Notes under the pieces: model-generated
What the model was told of the DNA's origin: nothing
Databases searched by the model: none
The model's input: only the letters and a program-made list of their open reading frames with translations
Made by a program: the position numbers and the translations under genes
Shown here: one piece after another, positions 44,853 through 54,479 of the stretch
How the letters are laid out: each line of letters starts with the position of its first letter
Position numbering within the stretch: position 1 is the stretch's first letter
NCBI GenBank assembly: GCA_947450095.1
Contig: CANFUF010000006.1
Span: forward strand, 1,004 to 65,003
Length of the DNA stretch: 64,000 nt
Origin: Roseiflexaceae bacterium
GTDB lineage: Bacteria > Chloroflexota > Chloroflexia > Chloroflexales > Roseiflexaceae
Direction: 5' to 3'

Positions 44853-47774
44853 TTAGGCGGTACGTTCCACCCGCTCCTTACGATAGAACTCCAAGGTGTC
44901 ACCATCTTGGATGTCGTTAAAGCCATCCACTACTACACCACATTCATAGCCTGATGTCACTTCACGGACATCTTCTTTGAAACGACGCAAGCTACCAAGG
45001 CGACCATCGTGGACAACCACACCGCTCCGTAAGACCCGAACGGTGAGTTGACGGTTGATTTTGCCATCGGTAACATACAGCCCTGCCACCACTTCGCGGC
45101 TTGGCAAACGGAAGGTATTGCGGACTTCGGCGTACCCATCGGTGATTTCTCGGTATTCCGGGTCCAACATCCCGATCATGGCTTTTTTCATCTCATCTAC
45201 TAAGTTGTAGATGATATTGTAAAAGCGAATGTCGATACCGTGTTGTTCGGCGGCACGACGGGCTGCTGGGTCAGGACGGGCGTTGAAGCCGATGATGATA
45301 CCCCGTGAGGCAATTGCCAAATTGACGTCGCTCTCGGTAATTGTACCGGTGCCACGGTGGATGATTTTGATTTGCACTTCGGCGGTGTTGAGCTGACCAA
45401 GGGCATGTTCAATGGCCCCGAGTGAACCCATCACGTCGACCTTCATAATCAAATTGAGGTCTTTGATCTTGCCTTGTTGGATGTTGGCAAACAACCCATC
45501 GAGGCTGACTGAGCGCAGATTAGCCATGGCATCGAGGCGGATTTGGCGTTGGCGTTGGATTGCCACGCTACGGGCCACGGTCAAGTCGTCCATTACCTGC
45601 AAAATATCGCCGGCCATGGGGACTTCGTTGAGCCCGAGAATGACTACCGGTGTGGCAGGTTCGGCGAAGCGAATCCGTTTGCCCGTGTCATTAAACATGG
45701 CGCGGACCGTGCCGGTGCCATTACCGACCAAGACGTTGTCGTCGAGGCGGATGGTGCCGTTTTGGATGAGCACCGTGGCAATTGGTCCTCGTTGCCGATC
45801 CATTTCTGCTTCGACCACCGTCCCGATTGCTTTGGCGTTGGGGTTGGCTTTGTAGTCTTGGATATCCGCGACAAGCAAAATCATTTCCAACAAACCGTCG
45901 ATATTGGTGCGCATGCGGGCCGATACTTCGACACACGGGACATCACCGCCGTACGATTCAACAATCACGTTATTCACGGCGAGTTGTTGCTTGACCAAAT
46001 CGGGATTGGCATTGATGGTGTCGATTTTGTTAATCGCCACAATCAATGGCACGCCAGCGGCGCGCACGTGCGAAATGGCTTCGACGGTCTGGGGCATCAC
46101 ACCGTCGTCGGCAGCAACCACAAGCACCACGATGTCGGTGACTTGGGCACCACGGGCACGCATGGCCGTAAAGGCTTCGTGACCTGGGGTATCGAGGAAG
46201 GTGATTTTGCGCCCGGACGTTTCGACCTGATAGGCACCCATGTGCTGAGTGATACCACCGGCTTCGCCTTCGGCGACGCGGGTTTGCCGGATTGCATCAA
46301 GCAATTTGGTTTTACCGTGGTCGACGTGACCCATGATGGTGACCACGGGTGGTCGCGTAATCAAGGTCGCTTCGGTCTCGGCTGCGATGCTATCTTTGAC
46401 GTTATCGATGATACCAATCATCTGCTCGGGGACATATTGCACGGTCTCGATATTGTATTCCGCACAAATCAAGGCTGCCGTGTCGTAATCAATCTGTTGA
46501 TTGATATTGGCCAACACGCCACCCTTGAGCATGATTTTCAGAATATCGGCAGCGCTCACGCTGGTTGCTTCTGATAATTCACGGACGGTCAACGAGCTGC
46601 CGATTTGAATCGGACCCTTTGGTCGAATGACCGGACGCGGAGCGTTGTTGGGGCGTCCATTGGGCATGCGGGTCATCATGGATGAACCTCTGCCGCCTTT
46701 ACCACCCTTGCCGCGCCCTGAACCATCGCTCTCCACGAAATCTGAGGAACGCGTGGTGCTTTTGCGGTCTACGGTGTTACGTCCGCGACCCGATACGCCA
46801 CCACGGCTGCCGGGAACCGGACCACCGACACCACCGCCGACGGGACCTGATGAAAACCCGCCGCCACCAGCACCACCGCTACTGCGGTTGCCACTGGGTG
46901 GGCCACTGCGGGGCGGACCACCTGCAGGTCGATCGCCAAATGGGCGGTCGCCAGCGGGGCGTGGGGTGTAGGGACGGTCACCTGGGGGACGGTCGCCAGC
47001 GGGACGGGGAGTATAGGGCCGATCACCCGGAGGGCGGTCGCCTTGGGGACGTGGGGTATAGGGACGATCACCGGGAGGGCGGTCGCCAGCGGGGCGTGGG
47101 GTATAGGGCCGATCGCCGGCAGGGCGGTCGCCCGCGGGACGTGGGGTGTAGGGTCGATCACCGGGAGGGCGGTCGCCTTGAGGACGTGGAGTATAGGGAC
47201 GATCACCGGCAGGGCGGTCGCCTTGGGGCCGTGGAGTATAGGGACGATCACCGGGAGGGCGGTCGCCTTGGGGCCGTGGGGTATAGGGACGATCACCGGG
47301 AGGGCGGTCGCCCGCGGGACGTGGGGTATACGGGCGGTCGCCAGCGGGCCGATCGCCTACCGGGCGGTCGCCTTGGGGACGTGGGGTATACGGGCGGTCA
47401 CCGGGAGGGCGGTCGCCTTGGGGACGTGGGGTGTAAGGACGATCACCGGGAGGGCGGTCGCCTTGAGGACGTGGGGTGTAGGGCCGGTCGCCAGCGGGGC
47501 GATCGCCTACCGGGCGATCACCTTGGGGCCGTGGGGTATAGGGACGGTCGCCAGCAGGGCGGTCGCCTTGGGGACGTGGGGTGTAAGGCCGGTCACCCGC
47601 GGGACGTGGTGGGCGGTCGCCTTGAGGGCGATCACCAGCAGGACGGGCCGTTGCCGGATCGGCGGGGGCACGTTTGACGGGTTCTTTTTCGTCACCAGCA
47701 GCGCCACCTTGGGCTTTTTCGTCACTGCTCGCAAAAAAATGGAACATGAATAGTGAACGGGCGAATTTTTGCAT
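44853..47774 (-). CDS. infB: Translation initiation factor IF-2 with hyper-repetitive N-terminal region
   Basis: G-domain GHVDHGKTKLLD, DTPGHEAF and NKID, with a conserved C-terminal half. ATG 47774 lies 6 nt after GGAGG. Confidence 0.95.
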   Translation of the reverse strand: MQKFARSLFMFHFFASSDEKAQGGAAGDEKEPVKRAPADPATARPAGDRPQGDRPPRPAGDRPYTPRPQGDRPAGDRPYTPRPQGDRPVGDRPAGDRPYTPRPQGDRPPGDRPYTPRPQGDRPPGDRPYTPRPQGDRPVGDRPAGDRPYTPRPAGDRPPGDRPYTPRPQGDRPPGDRPYTPRPQGDRPAGDRPYTPRPQGDRPPGDRPYTPRPAGDRPAGDRPYTPRPAGDRPPGDRPYTPRPQGDRPPGDRPYTPRPAGDRPPGDRPYTPRPAGDRPFGDRPAGGPPRSGPPSGNRSSGGAGGGGFSSGPVGGGVGGPVPGSRGGVSGRGRNTVDRKSTTRSSDFVESDGSGRGKGGKGGRGSSMMTRMPNGRPNNAPRPVIRPKGPIQIGSSLTVRELSEATSVSAADILKIMLKGGVLANINQQIDYDTAALICAEYNIETVQYVPEQMIGIIDNVKDSIAAETEATLITRPPVVTIMGHVDHGKTKLLDAIRQTRVAEGEAGGITQHMGAYQVETSGRKITFLDTPGHEAFTAMRARGAQVTDIVVLVVAADDGVMPQTVEAISHVRAAGVPLIVAINKIDTINANPDLVKQQLAVNNVIVESYGGDVPCVEVSARMRTNIDGLLEMILLVADIQDYKANPNAKAIGTVVEAEMDRQRGPIATVLIQNGTIRLDDNVLVGNGTGTVRAMFNDTGKRIRFAEPATPVVILGLNEVPMAGDILQVMDDLTVARSVAIQRQRQIRLDAMANLRSVSLDGLFANIQQGKIKDLNLIMKVDVMGSLGAIEHALGQLNTAEVQIKIIHRGTGTITESDVNLAIASRGIIIGFNARPDPAARRAAEQHGIDIRFYNIIYNLVDEMKKAMIGMLDPEYREITDGYAEVRNTFRLPSREVVAGLYVTDGKINRQLTVRVLRSGVVVHDGRLGSLRRFKEDVREVTSGYECGVVVDGFNDIQDGDTLEFYRKERVERTA
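46923..47636 (-). repeat. In-frame tandem repeat encoding (GDRPx)GDRPYTPRP[QA] units inside infB
   Basis: Counted in the translation, aa 47-284: 14 copies of GDRPYTPRP[QA] interleaved with GDRP[APVQF] pentapeptides, about 33 GDRP motifs in total. Basic periods are 15 and 45 nt. Confidence 0.9.
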
Positions 47775-47824
47775 GTATATCCTCCATCAGGGCGTAGCGA
47801 CAGGTAATGACGTATGCAACGCCA

Positions 47825-48121
47825 TTACGCTGATGTATCGATTGTCCGTGCAAAGGACACAAGTGCTGCCCGATCCTCTTCTGTTAATGTGGTGAGCCGC
47901 AATGCACCAACAATGATGTTGCGCTCTACCAAAGTATGCCAACAGGTTACCTGCTGACAAACATACGCTCCACGACCATTTTGCTTCCCGGTGACGTCGA
48001 TGTGGACTCCCCCCGTGGCAGTGCGCACCAGTCGTACCAAACCCCGTTTGGGGTTGACACTACGACAAACGATACAGATGCGTTGGGGGATGTGCTTTGG
48101 ACGTGTCACGGCATGACTCAT
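47825..48121 (-). CDS. ylxR: YlxR (DUF448) family RNA-binding protein
   Basis: RICIVCRSVNPKRGLVRLV...GRGAYVC is the family signature. ATGA overlap with the nusA stop. Confidence 0.85.
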   Translation of the reverse strand: MSHAVTRPKHIPQRICIVCRSVNPKRGLVRLVRTATGGVHIDVTGKQNGRGAYVCQQVTCWHTLVERNIIVGALRLTTLTEEDRAALVSFARTIDTSA

Positions 48122-49443
48122 TCATTGCCAACGGAATAATCGATGTCATCGTCATCAGGAATCATATATGAAGCAATCAAGCGGTCATTGGCATACAAAA
48201 ATAACTTGTAGGGGGTGGCCCGGATTTGGAGCATCTGTCCGATGTACTCATGCCCAACCGGTCCATACTCTACATCGCGATACACAATCATCGCTTTGGC
48301 AGACACCAACCGGTCTTCGACTTTGGCGTTCGCAAGGGCAATATCGAGGAGCATGCTTTCGGTGTCGGCCGCGTGGCGGGCATCGCTCGCTTCGCGTACT
48401 TCATCCATCAACGTGCTAGAACTCTTGATGTCAATCTTCCATTTGGTCAGTTTGGCTGCCAAACGGACGTTTTGGCCTTCTTTGCCGATGGCCAATGACA
48501 ATTGCTTGTCAGGGACAATCACCACCGCTTTTTCAAGCTCGAGAATCCGTACTTCGACAACTTGGGCCGGTGATAAGGCATTGGCGATGAATTCTTTGAT
48601 GTCGGGTGACCATTGCACCACATCGATTTTTTCACCGTTCAATTCGTTGACGATGTTTTGGATGCGTACTCCGCGGATGCCCACACAGGCGCCTACGGGG
48701 TCAATCCCTTCTTGGCGGGCTGCCACGGCACATTTGGTGCGAATTCCGGGCTCGCGTGAAATGCTTTTGATTTCGACGGTGCCAGCCAAAATTTCGGGGA
48801 CTTCCATCTCGAAAATCCGGCGAATCAAATCGACTTCGGTGCGTGACACCACCAACCGCGTGCCACGATCTTCACGGCGAATGTCTTTCAAAATCACCTT
48901 GAGGCGCGTGCCTGGGCGATAATTGTCACTCGCTACTTGTTGATCTTTGGGCAAAATCGCCTCGGCCTTGCCCAAATCAATGATAATGTTGCCATTGACA
49001 TTGCGTTGCACTTGACCAATCATCAGTTCGCCACGGCGTTCGTTGAATTCGACATAGACGTTGTCGCGTTCGACATCACGAATCCCTTGCAAAATTACTT
49101 GCTTGGCCGTTTGGGCGGCAATCCGACCAAAATCGCGGGGCGTGGTTTCGACCATAATCTTGTCGAGCTGTTGAATGCTCGGGTTGACTTTGCGGGCGTC
49201 ATCAATACTAATCTCGAACCGCGGGTCTTCGACTTCGTCGACCACCAACAGCTCGGAATAGACGTGGGGGTCACCTTTGACGGGGTCGATTTCGACGCGC
49301 ACATCCATTACTGGAGGGCGGTCGCCGAGTGAACGCCGATACGCAGCCGCAAGGGCTTTTTCGACTTGTTCGATGATACGCTCGCGGGGAATCCCGCGTT
49401 CGGCTGCTATGGCTGAGATGGCTGCGAAAAATTCAGTTCTCAT
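48118..49443 (-). CDS. nusA: Transcription termination/antitermination factor NusA with non-canonical C-terminal extension
   Basis: N-terminal FFAAISAIAAERGIPRERIIEQVEKAL, S1 and two KH regions (GACVGIRGVRIQNIVNEL, AIGKEGQNVRLAAKLT). ATG 49443 is preceded by GAGGGTG. Confidence 0.9.
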   Translation of the reverse strand: MRTEFFAAISAIAAERGIPRERIIEQVEKALAAAYRRSLGDRPPVMDVRVEIDPVKGDPHVYSELLVVDEVEDPRFEISIDDARKVNPSIQQLDKIMVETTPRDFGRIAAQTAKQVILQGIRDVERDNVYVEFNERRGELMIGQVQRNVNGNIIIDLGKAEAILPKDQQVASDNYRPGTRLKVILKDIRREDRGTRLVVSRTEVDLIRRIFEMEVPEILAGTVEIKSISREPGIRTKCAVAARQEGIDPVGACVGIRGVRIQNIVNELNGEKIDVVQWSPDIKEFIANALSPAQVVEVRILELEKAVVIVPDKQLSLAIGKEGQNVRLAAKLTKWKIDIKSSSTLMDEVREASDARHAADTESMLLDIALANAKVEDRLVSAKAMIVYRDVEYGPVGHEYIGQMLQIRATPYKLFLYANDRLIASYMIPDDDDIDYSVGNE

Positions 49444-49621
49444 CTGGTCACCCTCGTGAATCCGTTTAAGAATACGAAAAGTGGGGGATACCCACTTTGA
49501 CAAACAAAACCTATCGAAGACGGACACGTACGAGCCGTGCCGAACATTCTGTTATAGTATAGCATAGATAGGTTGGTTTTGTCGTGATTTGTGTCAGTTA
49601 TTTCTGAAAAGCACCTGATAT

Positions 49622-50080
49622 ATGTATATCCTTGCAGTAGATGCCGGTTTGCGTGTTGGTTATGCCTTATTTGACATTCCCACCGCCACTTTACAATGGT
49701 ACCGTTCCCACAATTATGGCGCATTAGCGCGGTTACGTCGTGGCGCCGCCACCTTGATCGCCGCCCAACCCGATTTAGCCTTGGTGGTGGTCGAAGGAGG
49801 CGGATCGGTGGCTGAGCCATGGCAAAAAGCCGCCGACTTCCACCGCATCCCCTACTGCCAAATTCCTGCCGAGCGCTGGCGTCAAGATTTACTCTATGAC
49901 CGTGAGCAACGCAGTGGCAGTCAAGCCAAACGGGCCGCCCAACAACACGCCTCGCAAACCATTGCCGACGCCCAAGCTCCCAACCATTTCAATCAGCTCC
50001 GGCACGATGCCGCCGAGGCGATTTTGGTGGGCGAATGGGCACTTCGCCATTGCCAGCACCTGTTTTTACCAGAAAAATAA
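49622..50080 (+). CDS. Hypothetical RuvC-like (RNase H fold) nuclease-fold protein
   Basis: ILAVDAGLRVGYALF, LVVVEGGG and LRHDAAEAILVG align by eye with the RuvC acidic catalytic positions (D, E, D/H-D). 152 aa. Confidence 0.45.
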   Translation: MYILAVDAGLRVGYALFDIPTATLQWYRSHNYGALARLRRGAATLIAAQPDLALVVVEGGGSVAEPWQKAADFHRIPYCQIPAERWRQDLLYDREQRSGSQAKRAAQQHASQTIADAQAPNHFNQLRHDAAEAILVGEWALRHCQHLFLPEK

Positions 50081-50169
50081 CAAATAGATGGTGATGCCTC
50101 CGCAAAATCCTGCGATTGGTGTCTTTTCACGGTAATATATTACTAACACCGTTTATCTGAGGGGATGTC

Positions 50170-51387
50170 ATGACAGATTTGCGCACCGAACTCAAAGACC
50201 TCGTCCGCCGTGAAATCGAACAGAACCTCGCCACGCTCATCGGTATCAGCGATTGGATGTATCACAACCCCGAAATCGGTTTGCAAGAGTTCCAAGCCTC
50301 CGAAAAACTCACCGATGTGATGGCCGAATATGGCGCCACCATTCAACGGGGCGTCGCCGGCATGCCTACCGCCTTTGTGGCCGACCTGCCCGGCGGCAAG
50401 CCCGGCCCACGAATCGCCATTATCGCCGAATACGACGCCTTGCCCGAGGTGGGTCAAGGCTGCGGCCACAACATCATCGCCACCGCTGCCCTCGGCGCCG
50501 CCATGGGGCTAGCCCGCGTCACCGACCGCTTACCGGGGAGCGTGGTGTTGCTCGGCACCCCCGCCGAAGAATCTGCCGTGCCCAATGCCGGCGGCAAAAT
50601 TCACATGATTCGGGCTGGTCACTTTGACAACCTCGATGCCGCCATCATGATTCACCCCATGACCGAAGACCGCATCGATTATGATTCGTCACTCGTCGCC
50701 AAAGGCCTCGAACTGACCTTCCGGGGCAAATCAGCCCATGCCGCCGCCAATCCTCACGAAGGGGTTAATGCTCTCGACGCCTTGATTGTGATGTTTTCGA
50801 GTGTGGGTTTGCTCCGCCAGCAGATTCGTGGCGATGCCCGCATCCACGGCATCATTACCCACGGTGGTACCGCCCCCAACGTGATTCCGGCCATGACTGC
50901 CGCTCGTTTCCGCATCCGGGCCGCCGATATCGCTTATGCCGAAGAGTTGTTTAAACGAGTCATTGCCTGTGCCGAAGCCGGTGCCTTGGCGACGGGGTGC
51001 ACCGTCGAATGGCACGAATATATGCCAGCCTACCTCAATATGGTGCCCAATCAGGCTTTAGGACAGGCATTTGCGGCAAATTTAAAAAGCGTGGGGCGCG
51101 ACGTGAATAAGCCCCAAGCCCGCTCCGGTGCCGGCTCGACCGATTTGGGCAACGTGAGTCATCATGTGCCGGCGATTTGTGCCTATCTTGAGATTTGTGG
51201 CACCGAAGCGGGTTGGCATTCTACTGCGGTCGCCGATGCCACGATTACTGCCAAAGGTCATCAAGCCATTGTCGACGGTGCCGTCGCCATGGCGATGACG
51301 GCCATCGATGTCCTGTGTGATGACGACATGCGGGCTCAAGCCCGCCGTGAATTCGACGCCGCTCAGCGATTTGTAGGGGATGTGTAA
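50170..51387 (+). CDS. M20 family amidohydrolase (AbgB / M20D-like)
   Basis: AIIAEYDALPEVGQGCGHNIIATAALGAA is typical of AbgB-like amidohydrolases. 405 aa. Confidence 0.8.
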   Translation: MTDLRTELKDLVRREIEQNLATLIGISDWMYHNPEIGLQEFQASEKLTDVMAEYGATIQRGVAGMPTAFVADLPGGKPGPRIAIIAEYDALPEVGQGCGHNIIATAALGAAMGLARVTDRLPGSVVLLGTPAEESAVPNAGGKIHMIRAGHFDNLDAAIMIHPMTEDRIDYDSSLVAKGLELTFRGKSAHAAANPHEGVNALDALIVMFSSVGLLRQQIRGDARIHGIITHGGTAPNVIPAMTAARFRIRAADIAYAEELFKRVIACAEAGALATGCTVEWHEYMPAYLNMVPNQALGQAFAANLKSVGRDVNKPQARSGAGSTDLGNVSHHVPAICAYLEICGTEAGWHSTAVADATITAKGHQAIVDGAVAMAMTAIDVLCDDDMRAQARREFDAAQRFVGDV

Positions 51388-52790
51388 TGCACGATATCGT
51401 TTTTGCTACGGCGCGTCACCAGCGGGCCGCGATTGTCAGTGGCCAGATTTCGGCCCAAGAGTTGCTCAGCGCCCACCTTGACCAAATCGCCCGCACCAAT
51501 CCTGCCGTCAACGCCATCATCACCCTCGATGCCGAGGGAGCCATGGCGCATGCTGGTCATATCGATGCCTTGTTGGCCCGCGGGGTCGATTTGGGGCCGC
51601 TGGCGGGTATCCCCATCGTCCACAAAGATCTCACCGCCGCCAAAGGCTTGCGCTTTACCAGTGGTTCGCCCATTTATGCCGACCGCATCGCCGAGCACGA
51701 CTCGGTGGTGGTGCACAACCTCAAAGCGGCCGGCTGCGTGACCATCGGCAAAAGCAACGTCCCCGAGTTTGGCGCCGGCTCGCAAACCTTCAACCCTATT
51801 TTTGGTGCCACCCGCAACCCCCACGACCTGACCCGCACCAGTGGCGGGAGTAGTGGCGGAGCGGCGGCGGCCTTGGCGTGTGGCATGGTGCCCCTCGCCG
51901 ATGGCAGCGACATGGGTGGCTCTTTGCGCAACCCAGCCGCATTTTGTGGTGTGGTCGGCTTTCGCCCCTCACCGGGGGTGGTGGCCAACCTTGATTCGTG
52001 GTCGCCACTCGCCGTCGATGGTCCGATGGCCCGCAATGTCGCTGATCTAGCGTTGATGTTGTCGGCACTAGCCGTCTATGACCCCCGTGCCCCCCAATCA
52101 GTGCCCGTCGATAATCGGGGTTTGCAAAATTTTGACGCACTATCACTCAAAGGCAAGCGAGTGGCCTGGTCGCTCAATTGGGGCGATTTGCCGATGGAGC
52201 CAGCGCTGGTGGCGGTACTGGCCCAACAACGCCAACGCCTCGTCGAGCTGGGCTGTATCGTTGAGGACGTCTGCCCCGACTTTACTGGCGCCCGTGAATC
52301 GTTCCAAATCCTACGCGCCCTCGGTTTCGAAACGGGCAATGGTCCCTTGCTCGACACCCACCGCCATCTCCTCAAAGATACGGTGATTTGGAATATCGAA
52401 GCGGGGCGGGCTTTGACCGGCCCCCAAATCGCTCATGGCCAACGACTGCAACAGCAAGTGTTTTTGGGGATGCAACAATTCATGCAGCGCTATGATTTGG
52501 TGATTGGACCCACCACCCAAGTCCTCCCCTTTGACGTGACCCAACCCTATGTCACCCAAATCAACGACCAGCAATTGGCCACCTACGTCGATTGGATGAT
52601 GTCGTGCGCTTATATCACCATGACTACCCACCCCGCAATCTCACTGCCGGTGGGGATGACGGCGAGTGGGCTGCCGGTGGGCATGCAAGTGGTAGGCCGA
52701 TTCCGTGATGATGTCAATTTATTGCGGATGGCCGCCACCATCGAAACAAGTATCGATCAACAACAATTTCGCCCCGCGTTGGCACAATAG
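51387..52790 (+). CDS. Amidase-signature family amidase
   Basis: GIPIVHKD, GKSNVPEFG and TSGGSSGGAAAALA (Ser-cisSer-Lys signature). TAATG overlap with the upstream gene. Confidence 0.85.
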   Translation: MHDIVFATARHQRAAIVSGQISAQELLSAHLDQIARTNPAVNAIITLDAEGAMAHAGHIDALLARGVDLGPLAGIPIVHKDLTAAKGLRFTSGSPIYADRIAEHDSVVVHNLKAAGCVTIGKSNVPEFGAGSQTFNPIFGATRNPHDLTRTSGGSSGGAAAALACGMVPLADGSDMGGSLRNPAAFCGVVGFRPSPGVVANLDSWSPLAVDGPMARNVADLALMLSALAVYDPRAPQSVPVDNRGLQNFDALSLKGKRVAWSLNWGDLPMEPALVAVLAQQRQRLVELGCIVEDVCPDFTGARESFQILRALGFETGNGPLLDTHRHLLKDTVIWNIEAGRALTGPQIAHGQRLQQQVFLGMQQFMQRYDLVIGPTTQVLPFDVTQPYVTQINDQQLATYVDWMMSCAYITMTTHPAISLPVGMTASGLPVGMQVVGRFRDDVNLLRMAATIETSIDQQQFRPALAQ

Positions 52791-52800
52791 GAGCCCATAG

Positions 52801-53526
52801 ATGCAAATCACCTGGCTTGGCCATTCCACCATTTACCTCAAAACCACCGCCGGTACGCGCATCTTGATTGATGCCTGGATCGAAAACAACCCGGCCTGTC
52901 CGCCCGAATGGCACGCCAAACTGCGTGAACTCGGTGTTGACATCATTATGCTTACCCATGGCCACACCGACCACTGTGTCGACACGGCGGCGCTCTATTA
53001 CGACACCCAGGCCCAAGTGGTTTGTCAGTACGATGCAGTGGAATGGCTGACCTACCAAAACGTCGCCAACGAATCGATTCTTGCCCTCAACAAGGGTGGT
53101 ACCGTGCGTATCAACGATGTGCGCATCACCATGGTCAACGCCCAGCACAGCAACAGCTGGCCGACTTCCGTTGGCCCACGCATGTTTGGTAGCGAAGTGG
53201 GCTACGTGTTGCGGGTCGACAACGACATCACCGTCTATGCTGCCGGTGACACCAATGTAATGGCCGACATGGCGATTATTGCCGATTTGTATCACCCCGA
53301 CGTGGCGATGATTCCCATTGGTGACGTATATACGATGGGGCCCTATGAAGCGGCCTATGCCATGCAACTCCTCAAGTCAGCGGCAGTGTTGCCGATTCAC
53401 CATAGTACGTTTCCCGGTTTACCGGGCACCCCGGCGCAGTTCAGTGCAGAGCTGGCGTTACGGGGTGTGGTGTGTGACGTCTTGAATCTCGTCCCTGGTC
53501 AAACTATTGCACAAGGAACAAAATGA
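52801..53526 (+). CDS. Metal-dependent hydrolase, UPF0173 / metallo-beta-lactamase fold
   Basis: MQITWLGHSTIYLKT...ILIDAW and MLTHGHTDH. Confidence 0.8.
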   Translation: MQITWLGHSTIYLKTTAGTRILIDAWIENNPACPPEWHAKLRELGVDIIMLTHGHTDHCVDTAALYYDTQAQVVCQYDAVEWLTYQNVANESILALNKGGTVRINDVRITMVNAQHSNSWPTSVGPRMFGSEVGYVLRVDNDITVYAAGDTNVMADMAIIADLYHPDVAMIPIGDVYTMGPYEAAYAMQLLKSAAVLPIHHSTFPGLPGTPAQFSAELALRGVVCDVLNLVPGQTIAQGTK

Positions 53527-54479
53527 AGATCATCATCCCCAATCGCGTCGCCCCCCTGATCGAACAACGCATTCTCTCGCTCTATCCCGACATGCAAATC
53601 GTCATCACCGATGACGAAGGCATGCCCCAAGGTGACGCCAGCGACGCTACGATTTTTATGCGCTGGTGGACGTCCGTCGAAGGCTTTCGCTTGACGTTGT
53701 CGAAGGCCCCCAACGTCAAATGGGTCTACACCCCCAGCGCCGGCATCGATCACCTCGACCTCGACTTGATGCGTGAGCGCGGGATTACCTTGACCAATGC
53801 CGCCGGCGCACATGCCATCCCCATCGCCGAATTCGTGATGATGTTTGTCTTGACTCACGCCAAACGCGCGTCTGTGTTGATGAATTATGCTCGGGAAGAC
53901 TACGAAGCCACCGAGCAAACCAAACTCGAAGAGCTCGACGGCAAAACCATGGCAATTATCGGCTTGGGTAGTATCGGCCAAGAAACCGCCAAGCGCGCCA
54001 AAGCCTTTGGCATGCGCGTGGTCGGTAGTCGCCGCCGCCCCCAACCCACCAAATACGTCGACGAAGTGGTGAGTGATGACGAATGGCAAAAACTTTTGCC
54101 CGACGCCGACGTGATTGTCATCGCTGCTCCCTTGACCGACATTACCCGCGGTATGGTCGATGCCAGTGCCTTCGCCAAAATGAAGCCGACGGCCTACATC
54201 GTCAACGTGGCCCGTGGCCAAGTCATCAATACCGAAGACTTGATTGCCGCGCTGCGTGAAAATCGTATTGCCGGCGCTGGGCTCGACGTCGTCCCCGAAG
54301 AACCATTACCCGCCAATCACCCATTGTGGGATGCCCCGAATGTCTGGATTACCCCGCACATTTCGTATTCTTCCCCCAAAACCCGTGGGCGTATGATGGA
54401 CCTGTTTATCACCAACCTCGAACGCTACATGCATGGCCAAAAACTGCAAAACATTGTGAATTTCGACGAGGGCTACTAA
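53523..54479 (+). CDS. D-isomer-specific 2-hydroxyacid dehydrogenase
   Basis: NAD site GLGSIGQETAKRAKAFGMRV. NVARGQVI and ITPHIS catalytic Arg/His region. ATGA overlap with the upstream gene. Confidence 0.85.
   Translation: MKIIIPNRVAPLIEQRILSLYPDMQIVITDDEGMPQGDASDATIFMRWWTSVEGFRLTLSKAPNVKWVYTPSAGIDHLDLDLMRERGITLTNAAGAHAIPIAEFVMMFVLTHAKRASVLMNYAREDYEATEQTKLEELDGKTMAIIGLGSIGQETAKRAKAFGMRVVGSRRRPQPTKYVDEVVSDDEWQKLLPDADVIVIAAPLTDITRGMVDASAFAKMKPTAYIVNVARGQVINTEDLIAALRENRIAGAGLDVVPEEPLPANHPLWDAPNVWITPHISYSSPKTRGRMMDLFITNLERYMHGQKLQNIVNFDEGY

Noticed and set aside
46923-47636. Periodic array that could superficially resemble a CRISPR or other non-coding tandem repeat
   Set aside because: The period is 15/45 nt with no unique spacers. 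It lies entirely in frame within infB and translates into a coherent peptide repeat. No cas genes are present in the window.
46682-47753. Long plus-strand ORFs (331 aa and 236 aa, GRAVALGTWG-type repeats) opposite the infB repeat region
   Set aside because: They are mirror images of the in-frame GDRP repeat array. IF-2 on the minus strand is unambiguous (G-domain motifs, SD, operon context). The antisense ORFs have no start context or recognisable fold.
49440-49820. 126-aa minus-strand ORF spanning the nusA leader and overlapping the RuvC-like gene
   Set aside because: It overlaps both the nusA start and the better-supported plus-strand ORF. It has an Arg/Pro-rich composition and no SD.
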